64,000 bases of DNA from Hydrolagus colliei (GCA_035084275.1 CM068745.1:82460001-82524000); one strand, 5' to 3'. Counted from the first letter of the stretch, positions 12,486 to 24,860 are shown. Translations and numbers: made by a program. Notes: generated from the letters alone by a model not told the origin.

Positions 12486-13891
12486 AGCTGTGTCAAGATT
12501 CAACGCGGGTGGGGTGGGGGGGTGGAGGGAGAAAGGTTTGCACTAAATTCCACCTTAAAATCTACCTCTTCGACTAATACCTTTGATCAATTTTGCCGAC
12601 CCCTTCTCCCTTGCTTGTTATCCATCTCTACCACTGTCAGGGTGCTACCTACATGAAGAGTAATAAATAAATGCAAATCATTTTTTGAAGTCGATGTAGA
12701 TCAGTAGGTCTCTGGCAACTAGTGACATTCCACATATAGTGGAACGCTCTTACTTGCGTAGATTATTGCATTGGATGTTCTGTAATTGCCACTCCCACAC
12801 TGTTAAAGCCTGAGGCTTGGGGGGGTTTTGTGTGTTCATAGTGTTGCCATGGCGACGGGAAATATTTTGGCATAAGTCAGGTTCTGTAGGTTTTATTTGC
12901 TTTGCATTGGGGGGGGAGTTAGCATGCCTACAGGAGGGGAGAGACCGGACGATGGTGAACTCCATTGTAATCGCTTTGTTACACATACCTGTGAAAATGA
13001 CAAGCGTCACGTTGCTCTGTGCCGGGTGGAAACTACGTGAATAAGTGGCACAAATTGTGTTTACAACGTGGAGGTGGCTACTGTGACCCACATTAGCCTT
13101 CTATTTGCTGGTGTGATTTTTACATAGAATTAATAGAAACTGAGGCATGCGGACAAGCTATTTGACCCTGGAAGTCCATATTGCTATTTAAATCCCCCCC
13201 CCATCTTAATCCCCCCCCCCCCCCCCCCCCCCCAACATCCCCATGTTCCTCTATATCCTTTTCCGTCATGTATGTAATTATGACACCGTTTTGGTTTTTA
13301 TAGCTAGTTTTCACCATTCCTTCGGACGTCCTCCCGACATGACAGGCACTATACAAATGAGATTTTGTTACTGTTGTTTAAAATAATCACTTGTGCTCGG
13401 TCCCTGTTTCCCTCCTGGTATCTTCGCCGTAACCTTATGGTGAGTGTAGATAGGCTGCACGACCATCGATGTATCTCAGTAGAGCCCAATCCAGCCTTCG
13501 TTGCTACAGGGAATGGAAGCTGGCCGAGTTTTGATTACCACCCCCTTTCCCAGCCAATGCCAATTGCTGTGTCCCAATGTGCTGCAGCACAGACAGGCAT
13601 TACATCCTTTTATGGAGATAGCATTAGGTTGTTTGTTACCGATGATTAATGCTTTGCTGCTAAATGAACTCAGTGCACTGCAGGTGTAACACAGCTGTTG
13701 CTGCTGCTTTTTAAGTTTCATTTGATTCGTACATATAATAATAATAATAATAATCCTTGCATTTGATATAGCGCTTTTCACATCCTATCGACGTCCCAAA
13801 GCGCTTCACAGAATATACTGTTAAGTGAATTGACTGTATATCTGTGGGCGAAACGCGGCAGCCAATTGCGCACAGCAGTGTATGTGTGGAG

Positions 13892-14753
13892 TAGGGTCCG
13901 GCGATATATCGATATATCGCTAAAACCCGATATAATTTTCCTATCGATACGCAGACATAGGCATTTCAAAAATATAAATATATCGAAAAGTTGATATATC
14001 GAGGTAAAAAATCGGAATGCGCGCACACTGAACTACAAGACCCAGAATGCTCATCTCTATACACAATGCACAGACAGAGGTGCAAAGCCGCCATATTGTA
14101 TTCATAGTCCTCAAACACAATATACAGGTATGCAAGGGCTGGGGGGTGAGAGAAGGCTGGGGGGGGGAGGAGAGAGATGGGGGGGGGAGGGGGAGAGAAA
14201 CGGGGGGGGGAAGGGAGAGGGGGAGAGAGACGGCTGGGAGGGGGAGGGGGAGAGAGACGGCTGGGGGGGGAGGGGGAGAGAGACGGCTGCGGGGGGAGGG
14301 GGAGAGAGATGGCTGGAGGGGGTGGTGGGGGGAGAGGGACGGCGGCAGGGGGGTGAGGAGAGAGGAACGGTGGCGGGGGAGGGGTGGGGGTGGGGAGAGA
14401 CGGCTGGGGGGGGGTGGGGAGGGAGAGAGACGGCTGGGGGGGGGGGGGGGAAGAGACGGCTGGTGGGGGGTGGGGAGAGACAGAGTGGATGTGATAATAT
14501 ACAGATAGATAGAGATGGGGGCGATGTGAGAGAGGAGAGAGACACAGACAGAAAAACACAGAGATGGAGAGAGTGAGAGACACAGAGAGAGAAAGATATT
14601 TACCTCCTGAGGAGATAGCGTGCGCACCCGGAATGCGCGCACTGCGCGTACATGCGCAGTACGAAAAACCCGAAAATATCGATATTTTGGTATATCTCGA
14701 TATGAGCCCGTCGATATATCTAAATCGGAAAATTTCCATATCGATGAACCCTT
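13892..14753. mobile_element. Non-autonomous hAT-type DNA transposon (862 bp) with 8-bp target site duplication
   Basis: GTGTGGAG duplicated at 13884-13891 and 14754-14761. Imperfect TIRs TAGGGTCCGGCGATAT / ATATCGATGAACCCTT, with many subterminal CGATAT motifs. Confidence 0.85.
14150..14480 (+). repeat. G/A-rich minisatellite inside the MITE
   Basis: At least 8 degenerate GGGGAGAGAGACGGCTG units separated by G runs. Confidence 0.9.
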
Positions 14754-16234
14754 GTGTGGAGTAAGGAAACTTGCCCAAGGTTTCGCCCTGACTTGGCTGG
14801 ATTCGAACACAGGTCTCATTCTATATATAGGACAACTCACAGTTGATGGCTGCTTTGGAGAAAACGTAAACGGGTGAAATTCAATCTGTGTCAGCTCTGC
14901 TGATCTTTAAAACATCTGAACAGCAGTAATCCGAAACCCGAGATCGAGTTATATGGCCACGGATTTCCTCAACAGCAACCATGTCTTGGGAAATGGTATG
15001 AAATCATTAGGAAGGTATAAAACCGCGGCTTGATTTTAAAGGGTCCATTGCCCTCGGTCAGAATGATATAAACGCGGCATTCCAACTGCAGCTGGAACGG
15101 GCAAAATGCAGCAATGCATGCGACAAAACCAAATGTCTTGGATGCAAGTCTTGCAGCGTGATGCAATATTGTCCCAGAGATATTGAACTTGACTTGGCGC
15201 TCCGTAAAACATTCCCCTTCTGTGAATAGGAGTTTTAAAAAATTGTGCCAAGGAATTGTTTTCAGCGAGCAAGTGTCTGTAACACACGCGGGCACAACTA
15301 CGCTTAAGAATATCCCAAACCCAGATTGGAGAGTCCCATATCTTGTGTGCCACCTACACATGCCACCTCTTCCTGTGTGTGGAATGGGACGCACCCTGTC
15401 CATAGAGGGGGGAATTCTGCTTACCTAAAGACTATCGGCGAAAGCCAAAAACATTGTGGGGACCCCAGATTCTGCATTTAGGTAGTGATGAAGATTAACC
15501 AATTAAAATCACGCAATGTGTATTGGAAAGTATTGTCGGACAAGCTTTCCTTTTGCTTGTCCAGACAGCATCACCCTCGGCATTAGAGCTTGGGCGTTAA
15601 GAGGTGGCAGTTGGGAGGAACTCCTGCTCCCAGTGACTTAACTATGGCTTTCCTAGGCCTGCTCATAAACCAGGTCGGCTGGGAAGTCACCAATAGTGTC
15701 CTGTCCTATTGCAGATCTGCCTAGCTCACGAAACTGGACTCCTCTTGAGACTTGTCAGAAAGGGTTAGCTATTAACTTCTCACCAGCCCACCGTAGAGGA
15801 GGCCATCCATCTCCTTCAGCAAACTTCTTCTAACTAGAAGGACACATCCCACCCGATGAATCGCCCGAGAAATGTTGGGTAACCTAGGAAACAAGTTAAT
15901 CAGTTACAATAAAATAGCTCATTTAAGAGTCAGCTCACAGTGGATATGGGAAAACAAATATTTTAATTTTCAATGGGTTATTTAGGAAAGAGGCCAACTT
16001 CCTCCCCCTCCTCCTCAGTCAGTACTTTATAAGCTAAGTTTACTAGTCCTGCACCCTTGTTGGTACTTGTCGTTTAACATTTTGAAGGTTAAAGGATACT
16101 TTCATGTGCAAAAGCAAACACTTAACGAGACTGAAAATGGACAATGGCTTGGCATTTTGTTGGCTTGCAGACCAGAAGTTTCTGCTCGCATGTTTTGAGT
16201 TGAAAGTGGGTTTTCGTTTTCAAACACGTCAATT

Positions 16235-16288
16235 GTGTGTGTGTGTGTGTATGCATGTATGTATGTAGCTAGCTAGCTAGCTAGCTAT
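16235..16288. repeat. (TG)n, (TATG)n and (AGCT)n microsatellites
   Basis: tgtgtgtg...tatgtatg...tagctagctagctagctagcta. Confidence 0.9.
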
Positions 16289-17159
16289 GACCTCACAATA
16301 TGCGGCTTATAAATCGAGATGAAAGTACGCGGACATTACAATGGGTTCTTTTTCAAATGTTGCCCCCTCAAAAAATTTCTGAAGAGCCTAAAATTGGAGG
16401 TTTCAAATTTGGGGCCTGAATTTCAGAATTGCTATTTTTGAGAATAACCTTTGACGCTTCTCAACCAGAACAACAACAACAACAACAAAATTACACTTGT
16501 ACTGTGTCAGGAGGATGTCAGGAGGATGTCACAACATGGCAGCTCACAGTCTAGCCTGCCCTGCCTGCCTGCCTGCCCTGCCTGCGCCTTTCATTCAAAA
16601 TGTCAAGCAAACTAACTAATTGCAGGGCTAGCTCTGGGCGCATCTTGAAATCCCGTTCAATTTTTTTTAAAAAAGATTGATTTTTGAGAAATGCAGCATT
16701 TCATAGGAACATATGTTGGCCATTCATTCCCTAGAGCCTGTTCTGCTCTTCTGTAGGATTGGGGCTGAACTCCAATTACCTGCCTCATGTCCCCTGATAC
16801 CTTTACCAAACAGAAATCCATCCACCTCGGTCTTGAAATTTTGACAGCATCTGCAGCCTTTTCAGGAGAGAGTTCTACACTTTTGTGTGGAAAAAAAATG
16901 CCTCCTGATTACACTCCTCAATGCCCTGGCTCTGACTTTAAAATGATGTCCCCTTTATTTTGGATTCCTCCACCAGAAGAAATAGTTTATCTGTAGCTAC
17001 CGGTAAACTCCCTTTGTCATTTGGAAAACGTCAATTAGATCCCCCCCCACTTCAAACTTCTAAACTCAAGGCAATACAGAACAAGTTTATGCAACCGTTC
17101 CAACTTCAAAACCTACCTCTTCAAAAGTGCCTATCTGTACCCTGTCCACACCCCCACCC

Positions 17160-17370
17160 CATCTTCTCCCTTGCTTGCTTGATGTCTGACAGGCAGTCTG
17201 TAAGGACAGTAGTAATCCTGGAGTCGAGGGTAGAGGCAGAGAGATAGAGTTGGGTGTCATCCGCATACATGTGGAAGTTAACCCCATGTCTGCGGAGAAT
17301 TACATCAAAGGGGAGCATGTAGATGTTGAAAAGTAGAGGGGGCCAAGGACAGAGCCCTGGGGGACGCCAA
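17160..17370 (-). mobile_element. L2 RT fragment
   Basis: Minus-strand ORF contains GVNFHMYADDTQLYLSAS. Confidence 0.85.
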
Positions 17371-18654
17371 CACTGTTACTGAAGGTTTTACAATGCATCC
17401 CATTGAATTACTGTAAAATAAACGTGATATGTACAATATTTGAAGCTTAAATATGCTTCAACGAAAGGCTTTTGTTAATTCAAGAAACCGCTGGAATGCT
17501 TTCCTTACAGTTGGAGCCATCCCTTCAGCTGCTTTTGGGGTGTATTGTTTTTGAGGTGCAAAAACGTTACTGTTTAACGAGAGACAAATGAAGTGAAATA
17601 CGGGACATATGACTGCAAACACTGATTTTTTTTAAATGGCTGCCCCCGGCAACGGGTATGCAAAGGAGAGATGAATTAATTATAGTTTACCACGTTTTTA
17701 TTCGCACAACACACATATATTTATTTGACACAACTTTTTTTGTTAAATGTATTCGAGCAGTGTCAGTATAGCTGAAGCTGCCCTCAGTAGCTGGTGAATC
17801 TGGGTTCTGGTTCGTAAAATACCCTATTTCATCAGGATTATGCGGGTTTTCTGAGATTGCATCGTTTAACCCCTTCAGGCAACTGCCACAGTAGTACGGT
17901 TGTTCCTGCTTTTAATGGGTTTTCCTGATTTATTCCATGTGGAGTCGGATCAATGCAGACGATTCTCTACGCATCCTCCGGCGAGGCTGATTTGAACAGC
18001 GGAGTTTTAAAATCCCAATTTGTGTGGAAAAATCCATTTCCTCTACTTCAGGGACCTGATTAGCCCAGGTGCAGTTGCTGTGTGCCCCTCTGGCTGCACA
18101 CACAGATTACTTTAATATAAATACAATCTGCTTTTTGGGGGGGGGGCAAATTTAAATGTGCGTTTTCGGAGAGGTGCCAAGGATTGAATCCCTAAACGCT
18201 GGCAGATTCCTCCTGGAGTCAGCTTCTGATGAGATTGAGATTGGCCTGGGTTGGCTTTGGGAAATCCAACTTGGAAACCACTTGGGTTGAAGGCTGGCGA
18301 GCTGGCCACACAGAGTTTCACCCTGCGGTACAGTACAGATGATGCGTGGGTTTCTCAAACTTTGCTGCCCCTGCAGATATATGGTTGAGGACATGTTTCA
18401 AACGTGTGATTTAGTAAGCAGTGCCTTGGGACATCCTCCCGACGTGAAAGGTGCTCTATAAATGTAATTTTGTTGTTGCTGTTGTTGTCGAAGAGCGGCC
18501 GCTGAATAGCAAAGGAGGGAAGTAAACTCCTCAGACACCAGGGAAATACTCTTGGTTTGTTGATTAAATTTATAATGTCAATTCGCAACTTGAGAGGCCA
18601 TTGCATTGATCGTTAGAGAATAAGCTTCCACCCCACCCCTTAGCTTTTGATTTG

Positions 18655-19010
18655 AGCTCAGTCAGTTTTTCCTGTTTTGGAGTCAGAAAGTTGTTGTTTA
18701 AAGTCCAGACTCCGACCCTGAACTCATAGTCCAAGCTGACACTATAGTACAGTACTGACCGACTGTCATAACTGGCGTTCTTCAGATCAGAAGCACAAGG
18801 GAATGTCTTTGCCAATAAACTTCACAACCGATTCGTTGATTGCCTTGATCGCTGTTTGCGGGGACATTGCTGCGAGCAAATGGCTGGCTCCTTTGCCAAC
18901 CACAACAGTCACTTCATGTGACGCGTCGCTACCTGTGAAGCACTTCGGAGACGTTTCAATGCGATAAAATGCTGCAGAAATTCCAAATTCTTTCCTTGCA
19001 GATAAAATCT
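18655..19010 (+). mobile_element. Old SINE with internal deletion
   Basis: ggagtcagaaagttg...caagctgacact head, gctgtttgcgggacattgctg body. Confidence 0.55.
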
Positions 19011-19194
19011 TCACAGAGATGTTGTGACTACACTGTAGTTACTGTGAATCAATATTGAAACTATTCCCTGTGGTAATGAAATCCAGAACAGGGGGGCATA
19101 ATGGTAAAATTAGAACTGAGCCATTTCGGAGTCAAGTCATGAAGCATTTTTTCACCCCAACGAAGGGTAGTACAATTCAACCACTAGGCCCCGA

Positions 19195-19420
19195 GGCTCT
19201 GGAACTCTCTCCCTCCCTCATTCCCTTCGCCTCGCACCCTCCTCTTTTCCTAGTTTCAGGTCTTGGCTAAAGACTTTTCTTTTCGACCGTGCTTTCAGTC
19301 ACCTTGTTCCCCACCCCCCGCCCCTGGCTCGGCCCTGGGATCCGTTATTGTGAAGCGCTCTGAGAAGCCGTCTGGCGTGGAGTGAGGGAGGCTATATAAA
19401 TCCGAGTTGTTGTTGTTGTC
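19195..19420 (+). mobile_element. L2 3-prime end (divergent subfamily)
   Basis: aagacttttctttcgaccgtgctttc...ggctatataaatccgagttgttgttgttg. Confidence 0.7.
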
Positions 19421-19429
19421 ACTCAACTC

Positions 19430-19585
19430 ACCACTGTTTGTGTGGGGGACGCTGCTGTTCACAATTGGCTGCTGCGTTTCGCCCACAAATATTACAGTCA
19501 ATTCGCTTTACAGTATAATCCCGCGAAGCGCTTTGTGACATCTAGATGATGTGAACAGCTGCATAGAATGCAAGGATTATTACTG
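19430..19585 (+). mobile_element. Young SINE, 3-prime half
   Basis: caattggctgctgcgtttcgcccacaaat...aatgcaaggattatt. Confidence 0.8.
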
Positions 19586-19643
19586 TACCCATGAAAGGAA
19601 ATAATTGTTCTTTCTTTCTTCTTCATCTTCTGTTTTCCTGCAG

Positions 19644-20009
19644 GACTAAGCTGTGGTCGTGTGGTGAAAGTGCCATCAGGTCCTCTGTACCGTGTGTTAG
19701 GCAGGGCTGTGGACATCCCGTGCAGTGTCAGTGAGTACCAGGGCCCGGTTGAGCAGAATTTCGATTGGACGGTCCACCGCGAGAACCGGGATTTCAGGAT
19801 CAGCAGCACGTGGGACACTGATTTCCTTGACGTCGAATATAAAGAGAGAGTGAACGGAAGGAAGATCGTAGTGGAGAGGCTCAGTAACAACTCCACACAG
19901 CTACACTTCGCCAGTGTCGGGTTTGAAGACGAAGGAAAATACACGTGTGAGACGCCCAGTACTGATGAGAACAGTGACGGGAACTACAAAGCTCAGGTAG
20001 ATCTAAAGG
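19644..20009 (+). CDS. PTGFRN: PTGFRN exon 2 (end of signal peptide + Ig-V domain 1)
   Basis: Acceptor ttttcctgcag|GA and donor AAGG|gtaagt, both phase 1, 366 bp. Reads GLSCGRVVKVPSGPLYRVLGRAVDIPCSVSEYQGPVEQNFDW...YTCETPSTD, matching the recalled human CRGRVVRVP...CNVSDYDGPSEQNFDW...CSTPSTD. Confidence 0.95.
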
Positions 20010-20079
20010 GTAAGTTTAGAGGTTGTTTGCATTTCATTCTTTACAATATGATGCAATTTACATTTATATACTCTGTGTA

Positions 20080-20390
20080 ATCGCCTTTTGTATCGGGAGG
20101 GCATCTCAAAGCATTTTACCCTACTGGCTGGGCACTTAAACTGGGATGGGGGGGGACGAGTGGGAACCGAACAGGGTGGGGAAGGGGAAAGATGGACCAA
20201 AAATGCAGACAAATAGGTAAGTCTTGAGGCAGGAAAGGAAAGGGGGAAGAGTCAAGAGGACTCCAGAGAACATGAGCAGAATGGCTGAGAGCTTGCCTGT
20301 AGGGCGGATATCCTTGCAGGGGATACGAAGCACAGATAGGAAGTATATTTAACTGTCTCAACCGAGGCTGAGCATCCAAGGCTGCACTCT
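20080..20390 (-). mobile_element. Old, diverged L2 3-prime fragment
   Basis: Antisense aagacttacctattt (LKTYLF) and a degenerate tail. Source of the 57-bp copy at 22302. Confidence 0.65.
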
Positions 20391-21225
20391 CCATCTCTCA
20401 AAGCCACTCAGGAACCTGGGCGTCTTGTTCGACCCTGAACTGTCCTTCCTCCCCCTTATCCGCGCCATTACCAGTACTGCCTTCCACCACCTCTGTAACA
20501 TTGCCAGACTCTGCCACTGCCTCACCCCTCAGGCTGCCCAAACCCAAGTCCGCACATTCATCACATAAAGGATCGACTACGGAAACTCCCTCCTCGAAGG
20601 GCCTTCCTGGCTCTTCCCTTCACAAGTTGTAGATCATCCAGAACTGCAGCTTGTGTGATCTCCCACACCAAGCTCCATGACCACATCACTCCCACCCTCA
20701 CCCGCCTCCATTGGCTCCCCATCCCCCAGTGGATTGAATTCAAGATCCTCATCCTCATCTTCAAGGCCATTCATGGCCTTGCCCCCGCCTATCTCTCTGA
20801 CCTGCTGTCTCCCTATGAACCTCCCTACCCCTTCCATTCAGCAATCTCTGGTCTGCTCCATGTCCCCCGCCCGACCCACCCTACCATCAATGGACGGGCT
20901 TTCAGCCTCTCTGCTCCCACACTCTGGAACTCCATCCCACAGTCCCTTTGGCTCACTCCCTCCCTCGCCTCCTTCAAGGCCGGTCTCAAGACCCTTCTCT
21001 TTGATTGTACCTTTCAGCTGCCCTCCCAGCTCTCTCCCTGCCCTCCCAACTCTCTCCCTCCCCTCCCAACTCTCTCCCTCTCCTCCCAACTCTCCCCTAC
21101 CCCTTCCCCCTACCCTGCCCCTCTCCCTTCCTCGGGTCCCGACCTGACTGTTCAGCACCTTGGGACGTCCTCCCATCGTGAAAGGCTCTCTATAAATGTA
21201 ATTTTGTTGTAGTTGTTGTTGTTCT
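20385..21225 (+). mobile_element. L2, 5-prime-truncated copy
   Basis: ORF 20655-21212 contains HITPTLTRLHWLPIPQWIEFKIL...LKTLLF; ends in tail and TTG repeats. Confidence 0.9.
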
Positions 21226-22170
21226 ATTGAAAGACTAGGAATGAGGAACCCCTACTAGCTTATATACACTTTCATTACATTTCCCGCTGTTAACAGTACA
21301 GGTGGAACCTTGATGGTCTCTGACGAGGCGATACTGGAAGATAATTGAAATCAGCAGATATTTCAGATTCGTTTGAAAGTCACGAGTTTCAAAGTTTTTT
21401 TGTATTATTTTTATGTTTGGGATGTTTGGGTAAATCCTTGCGACATGAAAGATGCATTCCGTACACATTATCTGTCGTTGTTATGGTGTATCAAGATGCA
21501 AAATGGGATTGTTTCATAAGCATTATGCTAAAGCTGGGGGTGTGGGGAAGATTTCAGTGCTGTTACGGCTGTTTCCAATCGTGTAGAGCAAATAATATCC
21601 AATCCTTGCATGTGATAATAGCCCTTTTCACATCTTCTAACCATCTCAAAGCGCTTAGTCCTCCCGACGTGAAAGGCGCTATATAAATGTAAATTGTTGT
21701 TGTTGTTGTTGTTAGTCCTTGTGACACACTGAGCACTTCACTTAGCCAACTGATGATGCAAACAGGAAGCCCAGGCTCAATGAAATGAGACGTTTCCCTT
21801 GGTTTACAGATAATTATGGGGTGGGTGCTCGAGAGAGAGAGAGTTTGTTTTAATGTCTGTGTTTCACTCTTCAATTCCTCTGCCCCACTGTTGGTGGCGA
21901 GCTTTCAGTCCCTGCGCCCTTCTTGTCTGCCACTCTCCCGCTAAAAAGTGCTTCTCTCCTCTCCCTGGAAACTCTCTTGCAATGAATCTTTTTGAGCATT
22001 TAGCCTTTAGCCAACCTCCTTTAAATCCCCCCCCCACCCCTTCTTTCCTTCCCGCCTGGACATCCCTATCACCCTGTGAAGTTCTTCAAGGTATTACGCT
22101 TAATTACCACCTCTGTTGAGAGAGGACCTGGGTTTGATTCCCAGCAGTGTGAACCAGTTGGGCAAAATCT

Positions 22171-22425
22171 TTATTTAGGGAGAACAGGTCTGTTAGGTTA
22201 CGGGGAGAGAACTGGGCAGTGGGATTGAGTTGCTCTTTCCAAAGAGCCGGCACAGGCTAGATGAGCCGAATGGCCTCCTTTTGTGCCGTATAATTATAAT
22301 TAGACTTACCTATTTGTCTGCATTTTTGGTCCATCTTTCCCCTTCCCCACCCTGTTCGTATAATTATACTGCACAAAAGGAATCCATGATTCCTTTTGTG
22401 CACAAAAGGAATCTATGATTCTATT
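22171..22425 (+). mobile_element. CR1 3-prime end with rearranged tail
   Basis: Matches 25400-25542 up to ttttgtgccg, then carries an inserted, rearranged block. Confidence 0.85.
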
Positions 22426-22499
22426 AGGTTTCCTTACACCACATGCCATTGTTTATCTGGCAGCAAATAAGAACTCGGTTGTTAGTTTTTCTGCTGATC

Positions 22500-22735
22500 G
22501 CTTTTCCCAGGGTAATAATCCCCTCCCCAAAAAATAACAAAAATATATAATAATAATTTGGTCACTCAATCCACGACTGTTTGTGGGAACACTGCTGTGT
22601 GCAATTGGCTGCTGCATTTCACCCACATAATGTACAGTCAATTAATTTTGCAGTATATTCTGTGAGGCGCTTTGAGAAGTCTCAAAGACGTGATAAGGCA
22701 CTATATCAAATGCAAGGATTATTATTATTATTATT
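22500..22735 (+). mobile_element. Young SINE lacking its head
   Basis: Body and tail match the 10403 copy. Confidence 0.85.
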
Positions 22736-23135
22736 CATCTCAAATGCAGGTATGAGTTAGAGTTCTGCTGCATTAAATACCAGAATGGATTATCACATTT
22801 TTTTCTATATTTAATCTTGCTCTATTGATGCAGTGACTGAGCCAGAAAACCTTGTGACTGACAAAGAAGCTTTACTACGTAGACTAGATGCCAAGTTAAT
22901 GTTGGCGTTCCTCGATGTGGGAATGTTAAAGTCTCACTGGGACGGGACGTCCTTCCAGTAGCATTCCTGTTCCTGGGAATCTGCTAGTGTTACTGTACTG
23001 TACTATACTGTACTGTGAGAAGCAGTGTAGGCTGTTCCAGAGTGTAAAGCGATGATTTCAGAGTGTAAAGCAAGGGTGAGTGAGTAAACTGATTGTCCCT
23101 TTATAACACTTTACAGTGAAATTCAATGCTGGTTA

Positions 23136-23329
23136 CAGTAAAAGCCTGCTTATCCGGCTCCTGATCAACCGTAACTTCCGTATAACTGGAATCACAAAAA
23201 AAGTCTGCATTCGATTAACCGGAGTTTATCCGGATTTTTTTTCCATTCCATTTTCGGCCGAATATCCGGCATGCGCTTTAACCGGCATTGGCCAGGTCCC
23301 GAGGGTGACGGATAAATGGGCTTTTACTG
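23136..23329. mobile_element. Tigger/pogo-type MITE (194 bp)
   Basis: TA flanks. TIRs CAGTAAAAGCCTGCTTATCCG / CGGATAAATGGGCTTTTACTG match at 18 of 21 positions. Confidence 0.85.
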
Positions 23330-23404
23330 TACTTCCCTTGTAAGCTTCTTGGAATGTTTATATTTTCGTGCAATCGTGACTTATTCCTCCCCCAATTTGA
23401 ACAG

Positions 23405-23830
23405 TGATTCCCGATGGACTAACCGTATCACACGGAAAATCCCGAAGTGGGAAATCCGGGAATTACACGGAAGGGGGGTCCCTGGTGCTCCAATGCGTCG
23501 CAACCACAACCTCGGCGATTCACACCCACGTGTCCGTCAGCTGGAGGTTAAAGTCGGACGAGAGTGGGACGATGACGGACATTCTGTCTCTCACCGCCAA
23601 TGGGAAATTAGTGTCCGGTGACCAGTACAGAGACCGGTATCAAAGTGGCGACGTGAGGATGAGCGTTGAAGAAAGCGGAGTCTACAGACTGTTTGTCGAT
23701 CGATTGCAACCCGAGGACCATGGCACTTATCTGTGCGTGGCGGAGGAATGGGTGATGGAAGATGGCGCCTCCTGGAAAAATATCCTCCAGAAAACCACAG
23801 ACATCGCATCGGTTAAAGTGCAGTCATTGG
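23405..23830 (+). CDS. PTGFRN: PTGFRN exon 3 (Ig-V domain 2, EWI motif as EWV)
   Basis: Acceptor tttgaacag|TG, donor TTGG|gtaggt, 426 bp. Contains LQCVATTTSAIHTHVSVSW...YLCVAEEWV, the EWI-family hallmark. Confidence 0.95.
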
Positions 23831-24860
23831 GTAGGTCACGTTCAACTGTGATAACTGTAAATCAATTGTAGGACTGGTGAAAGCTTTACGGGGATATTGT
23901 GGAATAACTGGTCCAATGTTAGCCACGGTTGGGTTCCAGTTGGTGATGAATAAATTGGGACTTCACACGTGAAGAATGGTAAATTCTGAGCAGGGATTAT
24001 TTTTCGCTTTTGGTTTGTGTTTCTCTTTTTGATAACTCTGAAAGTGAGGGTGGGGGGGAAATGCCCCCCCCCCCCCCCCCCACCTAGGTCCAGGACACTT
24101 ACCATTCTCTTTAGCTTGTCAGATCATTCAGGGAGATTGGGAAGTTGCTGAATTGGTTCTCATCTTTTGAGACGCTTTACTGTACACTTCTTAAAAAGAA
24201 GCCGGCTACAAAATACAGTCAATAATTTTTCTTTAAAAAAAACTCGATAATCACACTTTCCAAATGCCGGCAACTCCCTAAAAACCGGCAAGATTTAAAA
24301 ATACAAATAGCATTGATTTTTTTTTACCAATGTCGGCAAATCCCCAAAATTTCAGAACAGCTGCTTGCAGTTCACGCTGGCGCCACTCTGTCACCTGGCG
24401 CTCGCCCGCTCGCCCAGTGGCATCACTGCCGTGTTTACAACTCGCTTGGCATTCCCCAGCCCATTTCTAGAGTCAATTCTAAACACACCAGCAAACTCCC
24501 GAAATCCGGGAGGTGAGCGGGCCCAACCTTGCCAGATTATCGAGGCTTCACCGTGTTAAGGCTTTGCCTAACTCTGAACCCTCTGAAGTGCTACACGACC
24601 AGAGTAAATCTTGACTAAAGGTGGAATTTCTCCCCGTAGAACCGACAGCTTCATCCCAATCATGATGATTTTGTTCATCTTTTTGAAGGTTGTTTTCATA
24701 CACGCGCAGTTTTGCAGTTGGAGTTTCGACACACCAATCTCGCACTGCCATAGACTGACTTGAGTCTCACACACCCTGCCCGCTGTTAAAAACTCCTAGG
24801 CTTTGACCATCTTAATGTCTGAGACATTACTAAAGAATGTATTTTCTTTTTTCTTTTCAG

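Larger units (their letters stand above)
13735..14819 (-). mobile_element. Young SINE interrupted by a hAT-type MITE
   Basis: Tail and body at 13735-13891 and head at 14754-14819 rejoin when the insert is removed. Confidence 0.9.

Noticed and set aside
13381-13445. Strong donor ATG|gtgagt at 13439
   Set aside because: The phase-1 frame needed for exon 2 has a TAA at 13430-13432; at most a non-coding exon.
13941-14840. Long Pro-rich and Gly-rich ORFs (up to 299 aa)
   Set aside because: They come from the G/A minisatellite in the MITE and are open in several frames on both strands.
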